From: Balamuthia mandrillaris
Taxonomy: Eukaryota
Assembly: GCA_031835245.2 (NCBI GenBank)
Contig: JAVKOQ020000098.1
Coordinates: 62,001-126,000 of the forward strand
Length of the DNA stretch: 64,000 bases
Direction of reading: 5' to 3'
Each line of letters begins with the position of its first letter. The stretch's first letter is position 1. The position numbers were made by a program, and so were the translations under genes. The notes under the pieces were generated by a model. That model was not told where the DNA came from. It was given only the letters and a program-made list of their open reading frames with translations, and made no database searches. Below, piece by piece: positions 57,505-64,000 of this stretch.

Positions 57505-58821
57505 TCAGCTGGAGAAGGAAGGTGTCAGTATTTGCTTGACGGAGGAGGAGTTATGGGGCACTGGGCTTGGGCGAGGTTGGCAGTTTGTGTGTGTTGCGTT
57601 CTTGGAGAGGGATGTGTGACAAATGAAGCAGTGCCATACGCTTGGGTGGTTGACCAGCTTGCACACGTTGCAGGGTGTACAATGCACTATCTGCTTGCTG
57701 CTGTCGTTGTCCCAGAACACACAACTTGCGCACCAGAATCTACTCGAGCAAAGATCAATATATTGCATTCTCTCTCTCCTCTGTTCCCTCTCCTCTTCTG
57801 TAGCCTCTCAAACTTCTTCCTTTCTCTCCTTTTCACCTCTCTTCTTGTATTGGAGGGATGTACAATACCGTCCCAATGACTTGCGGCAGGAAGGCCATTG
57901 GCAATGCTGTGCTGCTGGTTGAATACAGTTACAAAACATACACATCTGCACACAATTATGTAAGCATATAGAATTTATAAAGAGCCTCACGAGGAATGAA
58001 TGGCGAAGCACAAACCATAATGCGAACAGCATAGCGATCGATGGTGTGGTGGTAATCATACTCTTGGTTGTGGCAGTGGCGACATACAAAGAACCGCCCA
58101 CAACAAGTGGCGTACACTTTGCAGTCTCGCTGGTAATGAGCACACCCCAATATGTTTTTATTTTCATCCTGCTCACCCATTCTTGTTAGCGCTAGAGGAA
58201 GAGAGGAAGCAAGAAAGCAGGGAGAAAGGAAGAAAGGAAGAAACAAGAATGAAAGCAACAAACTACAAGAAAGGCAGTAGGAGGAAGGAGAAGATGGAAG
58301 AACACTAGAGTGACAGACCAAAGCAACGTACAAAAAAGGAGGCTTTAAAGTCGTCCGTTTTCATAAGCAGTGCAAAGTATTGCTCCTTCCAGTAGAATGC
58401 AGGGGTGAGTGGCGGCTTCTTGCAATCTTTTACCTTTGCTACTTTGTCGGCCAACTTCTTTTTGATCTGTTCAAGCTCAGTGGCAGGCAGGGAGACGTAC
58501 TCCTCCTCGAAGCGAATGGGAGGTTCTCCAGGAAGGAGGTTCACTCCAAGATGTCTTCTAAAGAAGCCCTGCCACAACAAAATGTCCTCCGCGAGGTTGT
58601 GCCAGCTCTTACAGACCTGTAGGAATACATAATATTATTTTTTTCAAAAAAAAGCCAGGTGAGGTTAGCTCGATTCTTTGCACACATACATCGTCAGGGC
58701 AGCAGTGCTAGCGCAAGAGCAATCAACGCACCAAAGAGACGGCACGAGCGACATCTTCAGGAGGAAGGAAGGAGAGCACATGAAGAGCGATCTCTTCCGG
58801 GAAATTGGCCAAAGGGTCCAT
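57505..58821 (-). CDS. F-box + CHY-type zinc-finger protein, copy 2 (multi-exon)
   Basis: MDPLANFPEEIALHVLSFLPPED.../VCKSW...LLWQGFFRR; LGCAHYQRDCKVYATCCGRFFVCRHCHN, MCMFC..IQP, FWCASCVFW, HCTPCNVCK; no RING. Confidence 0.88.
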
Positions 58822-59407
58822 GCGGGTCTGTTGTTGTTGTTTTTTTCGTTACGGCTGGCTGGCTGGCTGGCTGGCTGGCTGGTTGGCTCTCTGCCGCAAA
58901 GGTCCGTCACTCGCCGCTACCCTTGCTCCTCTCCCCAGCGTCTCTCTCCTTCCGCTGCTGCTGCCTCTACCGCTGCTGCCTTCGCTCTGCGCGCAAACAG
59001 GGACTTTACCTCATCGGGACGACATGGAAAAGGCAGTGAAGACGAAGAAAGGAGGAAAGAGAGACAGACCCCCCCCCGCCCCCCCTGCTGCAGCGGCAGA
59101 GGAGAGCGAAGAAGAGGACCATCCTGGTGAGCTCTTTGCGTGGGTCGGGAAAATCACCTTTCTTTTCAAAGGAAAAAAGAAAAAAAAGAAGCAAATATCA
59201 CCAAATGCCTCTCCTCTCTTTTTCCTTGCGTAGTAGTATTACAGCTATGCTTGAACTCTCCTCCTTCCTCCTCCTCCTCTTCTGGTGGTGGTTGGTGGTG
59301 ACAGCCTTTTCGTAAGGGAGGCAAAAAGGAGGAAAAAAAGGTATGTTTGGTGGTTTGTTTTTGTTTTTGGTTTTGGTTGCTAATGCTTTTGGTTTCGTTT
59401 GCTTTTG

Positions 59408-61699
59408 TTAGAGCCAGTCGTCGTCGTCGTCATCGAGCCAGTCCTCCTCTCCCTCGTGCTCCACGTCCTCCTCTATTTCGTCCTCGAGGTTCATCTCAAT
59501 GTTCTTCCTGCGGCTGATCAGCGCCCTGGCGATGAGGTTCATGATGGTGCCCTCGTCGTCCTCCACCGCCGTTTGCTTCTTCTTCTCCCCTGCCTCCACT
59601 TTCTTCAAGGTCTGTCCCCCGCGAATGGCATCCATGAGGTTGGCATGCGAGTTGCCATCCGCGGCCTCCGCTTGGGCATCGTTGTTGGCATTGGCCTCGA
59701 CCGAGCTCTTCTCTGGGAGTTTGAGTTTGTTGGAAGGAGGAGCCAGCGGCGGTGCCGGTGGTGCCGAGGGTGGCGGCGGTGGAGCTGGTGCCGGTGGGCC
59801 ATCTGACCTTGGCGTCTTGGACTCTGGGGAAGAGGACCCTGCTTTGTCGTTCTTCCCCTTCTTCCCCTTCTTGCCCTTCTTGCCCTTGCGTGGGGCTGCC
59901 TGCTTGGCAAGTTCCTCCTGAAGGCCGGCAATGGTGGCATCCCTGTTGGCCAATAGCTCCCTCAACTGCTCCACCTCCGTTTGAAGCTCCAAAACTTGTG
60001 CATCGCTGCGTCCCTTCTCACCATCTCCTGCAGCATGCTCGTCATCCTCCTCCTCAGCGCTGCTGCTGTTTGCCTCCTTCTCCTTCTCCAGGGTCTCCCT
60101 AAGCGTTTCCGTCTCCTCCTTGGCCTTCTCGAGCTGCTCCTCCATCTCTTTCCGGCTCATGTCGAGCTCCTCCTGGAACTTTTGTTTGGCCACCTCCAGG
60201 GCTTGCTCCATCTCGGCGGCATTGTTGGAGACCTCCTTGATGGCGTCCAACTTTATCTTCAGCTCCTGCACCTCCGCCTTCAGCGTGTTGACCTTCTCCT
60301 GCTTCTCCTCCTTCTCGCCCCGCTGCTCCTCCAGCTGGCGTTGCAGCTCTTGGAGCTTTTGCTTGTGCGCATTCTTCTGTTTCTCCGCTTTGGCTTTGGA
60401 AGCCTCCAACTCCTTCTTCGTGGCAATGAGGTCCGCCTTCAGCTTCTTGAACTTGCTTTGAGCATTCTTCTTCTGCTCCAACAGTGCCTGGTTCCTGGCC
60501 TTTAGTTTTTCCAGAGTTTCCGTGTTGGCCACCCCTTTGGAGGACTTCTTTGCATAACGCTCGCGGATGTAGTCAAAGTCACCGCGGATGACCATCTTTG
60601 CCTCCTCCTCTGTTACACCATCCATTCCCATGTGCTTCAAGGCCTGGTTGATACCCTCCAACTGTCTTGCGAACTCGGGCGGCAACGACATAATCTACAA
60701 TGAATGTAGAAGAGAGTGATCAGTGAGAGAGAGAGAGAGAGAACAGAAACTCGCTTACATCAAACTCTTTCTTCTCTTTGTTCCAGCTGGCATGGCCCAA
60801 GTGTTGCACATCAGTGGGACCACTGATCACGGAGGCGGGGGCGGGGGCCTCTTCCTCCTCCTTTCCCCAACCCAAGAACGAACCTAGTTTGCCAAAACCC
60901 GTTTTCTTCGGCTCCGAATTGCTTTGTTTGCGTGGAGCGCTGGATGACAACGTTTTCAGTTTACAGAACGTCCTCAAGGAAGAGAACACAAAAACAAGGA
61001 GATAACCAAACCCCAGGAACTTCTCAGGAGGAGGAGGAACGTTGGTGCCCACAAAGTCTAACTTCTTGGAGGTTTTGTCTCCAAAGGTGAGCGGTGTCAA
61101 GCCCATCTCGACCTGGCCTTGTTCCAATTTGAACGTAAGTATGGCCTCCACCAGCATTTGTGGGTTGGGCAGGTCTTTGTCGATGGCTAGAGCTATCGTG
61201 GCAATGCACTCAAAATCCTTTCCGTTTGAGGATCCCTATCGCAGCGAAAGCGAGAGCCCATTAATGAAAACGAGACCAGGAGGGATCCAAAAGATCGAGG
61301 ACGTACGTGCACCGTGACGGTGATGTCATTCTCAGCATCAATCAAGAAGCACTCATCCCAAATGGGGTTCAGACTCTACGCGAGAGAAAGAGAGAAGGAG
61401 AGAGGTTTAAAAAATTAACACAAAAGGTTTTAAAACCAAGACAATACCTTTTTGATGGTTTTGCTCTGTTGCCATTCTTTTAGCCCTTTGACCTTCACAA
61501 ATGTGTCCAACGTTCCGTTGCTGTCCGTCGCCTTTAACTTTGTCGCTTTGATGAGTCGGAGTCGCAGCTTTTTCTTCGTGTTGAGGACCGGAATATCTTT
61601 GGTAGAAACTTGTTCCGAGGAGTTGGAAAGGGAATTGGTGCTTCCCTTTTTCTTTCTTTCCTCAGGTACCGGAGAAAGCGAAATGGCAGGAGGCTCCAT
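59408..61699 (-). CDS. WASP-like protein: C2 - CRIB/GBD - coiled coil - polyproline - WH2 - central - acidic (multi-exon)
   Basis: C2 LRLIKATKLKATDSNGTLDTFV...KTIKK/SLNPIWDECF; CRIB ISGPTDVQHLGH; WH2 LMDAIRGGQTLKKV; IARALISRRKNI; EEDWLDDDDDDWL*. Confidence 0.88.
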
Positions 61700-62416
61700 C
61701 TTGTTCTTTTTTGTGCTTGTGCTGAGGCGCTTATGCTTCTGGAGAGGTCAATGACAACAAGGCGGTTAACAATATAGTGTGAGATGTTAAAGTATGCACA
61801 CAGTACTAACCTTCATTTTTTTTCTTTGTCCTTCGTTTTGATTGTACTCATTCTCCTGCATGAGTTCAAGTTAGACTGAAATAATGATACTAATAAGAGA
61901 AGCAGTACCAACTATACGAGTAACACAAAAAATTTATTCTATCCTGCTTGTTTTCTTTCTTCTTTGCGTTTGTTCACCGCTGGCCTTTCTCTTTTTTGCC
62001 TTCAGCAATTATACCCTGAATACCCCTCAGCTTCCTGTCCCCCGTTCTGCTGATTTCCCTTGTGTGTCAGCAACAGGCAAGCCTTCGGCTAGCGCTTTTT
62101 TCGAAAGCAAAGCAGACGGACCGACAGTCGAACGAAGCGACGCGGAATCTCCATATTAGGTCATAATGACATCAGGAATATTCTATATTTGGTAAAAAGA
62201 GATATGCTGCTCGAAACGTGACCACGTCCAGCACAAACATAGGAATGCCTGGTATGATTGGAATGTTTTATTAAAGAAAAGAAAAGAAAAGAAAGAAAAC
62301 TTCGTGAAAGAGAGGACCGATTCCGGCAATCCCCCACCACCACCACGCCACTTGAAACAGCGGGAGGGGGTCCCTTTTTTTTGGGTTTTGCTGACTGACC
62401 ACGACAAGAGCACACA

Positions 62417-64000
62417 ATGAAAAATTGGGGCGGCTTCAAGTGGATCGAAACGGCCACGCAGACCATCAAAAACGTGGAAAAGAGCATCGACAAAGCCATT
62501 GGCATTCCTGACGAAGAAGAGGACAGGAAAAGCCAAGGCCAAGGTTTGCCTCTTCTTTTTTCTTTGTTCTTTCCTTCCCCCTAGCTTACCCTTCTCTTTC
62601 CACTCCAGCAGTGGAACCAGTGGTGGAGAGCTCTCGTCATGCTGCCACGGAGAACGGAGGGGCGCTCCCTCCGCCACTTGCCAAAGGCTCTCCCACCGTG
62701 GAGAGACGACAGACAGGAGGAGAAGGAGGAGCTCCGTTGACGCCCCACTCTAACTCTGCTCCAGCCACTCCCATGAGAAACTCAAAACAACAGCAACAGA
62801 AGAAGAAGACGGAGGATGCTCTTCCTTTGGAGGAGCTCTTAAATGGAGACTTATTGCCTTCCTATACACCTCCTAAACGGCCTCCTGCTGCTGCTGGTAG
62901 TGGTAGCAGCCAACGCTCTAAGCCATCGAACAAGGCAGCAACAGCGGCTACACCACAACCAACCTCAACCACAACCCCAGAAACGCTTCCTGCCCCTGCT
63001 CCTGCTTCTTCCGTTCTTGCAGAAGATAACAATCCCATCCCTGTTGTAGCTTCGCCTACCTCATCACCATCACCCCTGCATCCGCATGAAGCTGGTTCAA
63101 CGGACGAAAGCTCATCTAAACAGGAGGAGGAAGGCAAAGAGACGGAGGCCCCTGCTTCTGGTTTTTTCATAGAACAGGGGGCAGAGCGGCATGAAGAACA
63201 ACCAGAGCCAACTCCGGAATATAGCAACGAAAGCCAACAACCTCCTACCAGTTCGCAGCACGATGAAAGCGGCAGGCAGCAGAACGAGGATAAGCAACAA
63301 GAAGATGAAGACAAAGAAGAGCAACAACAGGAAGAACGACTAAAACAAGAAGAACGAGAAGCTGATGATGTCGTTCCTGAACTTACTTCCACTATTGACT
63401 CAACAGAGCTGCCTCTAACTCAACCACTAGAACAAGCAATAACGCCGATATTAGAACAGCCATCGCCTGAATTATCCTCTGGTGATGCAATGCAACCTAC
63501 TCAATCGGTCATCGACGGCACTACTTTGCCATCTTCTGAAAATGCTTTTGAAAACATAGACCAAACTCAAATACCTACCACTGCCATGGAAGAAACAGAG
63601 CCACTTACGTCACTCCCTACTGATAAAACGGACGAAGGCAATGCAATAACTAACAGCAACGAACGTAAAAGCGAAGCTGTAACGGAAACTCAGAACGAGC
63701 CCAGTGTATCCGCCGTCGTTGAAGATGGTCGAAAAGCTGAAGAGAACGACCGGCGAGCAGTAGCATCCCCGGAAGGTTCCACTGATTTGCGAGTGATGGA
63801 ATTAACAAGTAAAATTCAGATGGTCACCATCATTCTAAAAGAAAGAGAACGTCAGCTGGAGGCTGCTGCTATGGCAAATGCTGCTCTCCAAGAATCCAAT
63901 CAAACTCTCAAGCGGTACGTATTTCCTCGTATTTATAGAGGGGACTTTTTTCTGAATCTCTCCTACCAGGAAACTGGAAGAAGCCGATGCTAACAAAACA
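62417..64000 (+). CDS. TMF1: Golgin TMF1-like protein, 5' part (runs off the window)
   Basis: N-terminal W...VEKSIDKAIGI motif like TMF1/GC5, long disordered acidic region, coiled coil LKERERQL...LQESNQTL. Confidence 0.65.

Noticed and set aside
59023..59233. Short ORF MEKAVKTKKGG... with a GTGAG donor
   Set aside because: No convincing downstream exon or homology; insufficient support.

Overview
Gene-dense, intron-rich eukaryotic DNA. Gene content, short intergenic spacers and CT/CTT-microsatellite-filled introns suggest a free-living amoebozoan (inference only). About 28 protein-coding genes can be reconstructed by hand-splicing. The window also holds an intact-ended 2.35 kb PIF/Harbinger-superfamily (PHIS) transposon with a 3-bp ATT target duplication and a decayed Ty1/copia reverse-transcriptase relic. 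Most notable: (1) a selenoprotein of the SELENOF/SELENOM family, missed by the ORF track, with an in-frame UGA in a C-A-U motif, an N-terminal membrane anchor and a type II SECIS in its 3' UTR; (2) three unusual domain architectures: two paralogous F-box + CHY zinc-finger proteins without RING, a UIM-BTB-BACK protein ending in an RPA32-C-like winged helix, and a C2-CRIB-coiled-coil-VCA WASP-like protein; (3) an intron-containing glucosylglycerate/mannosylglycerate-synthase-like glycosyltransferase and other bacterial-type genes; (4) a secreted protein with a ~200-residue Gly-Asp repeat between duplicated domains; (5) an SR-protein gene with a long first intron holding a candidate poison exon. 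No tRNA, rRNA or CRISPR array was recognised. All homology calls come from motif recognition by eye, not database searches, and exon boundaries are manual predictions.
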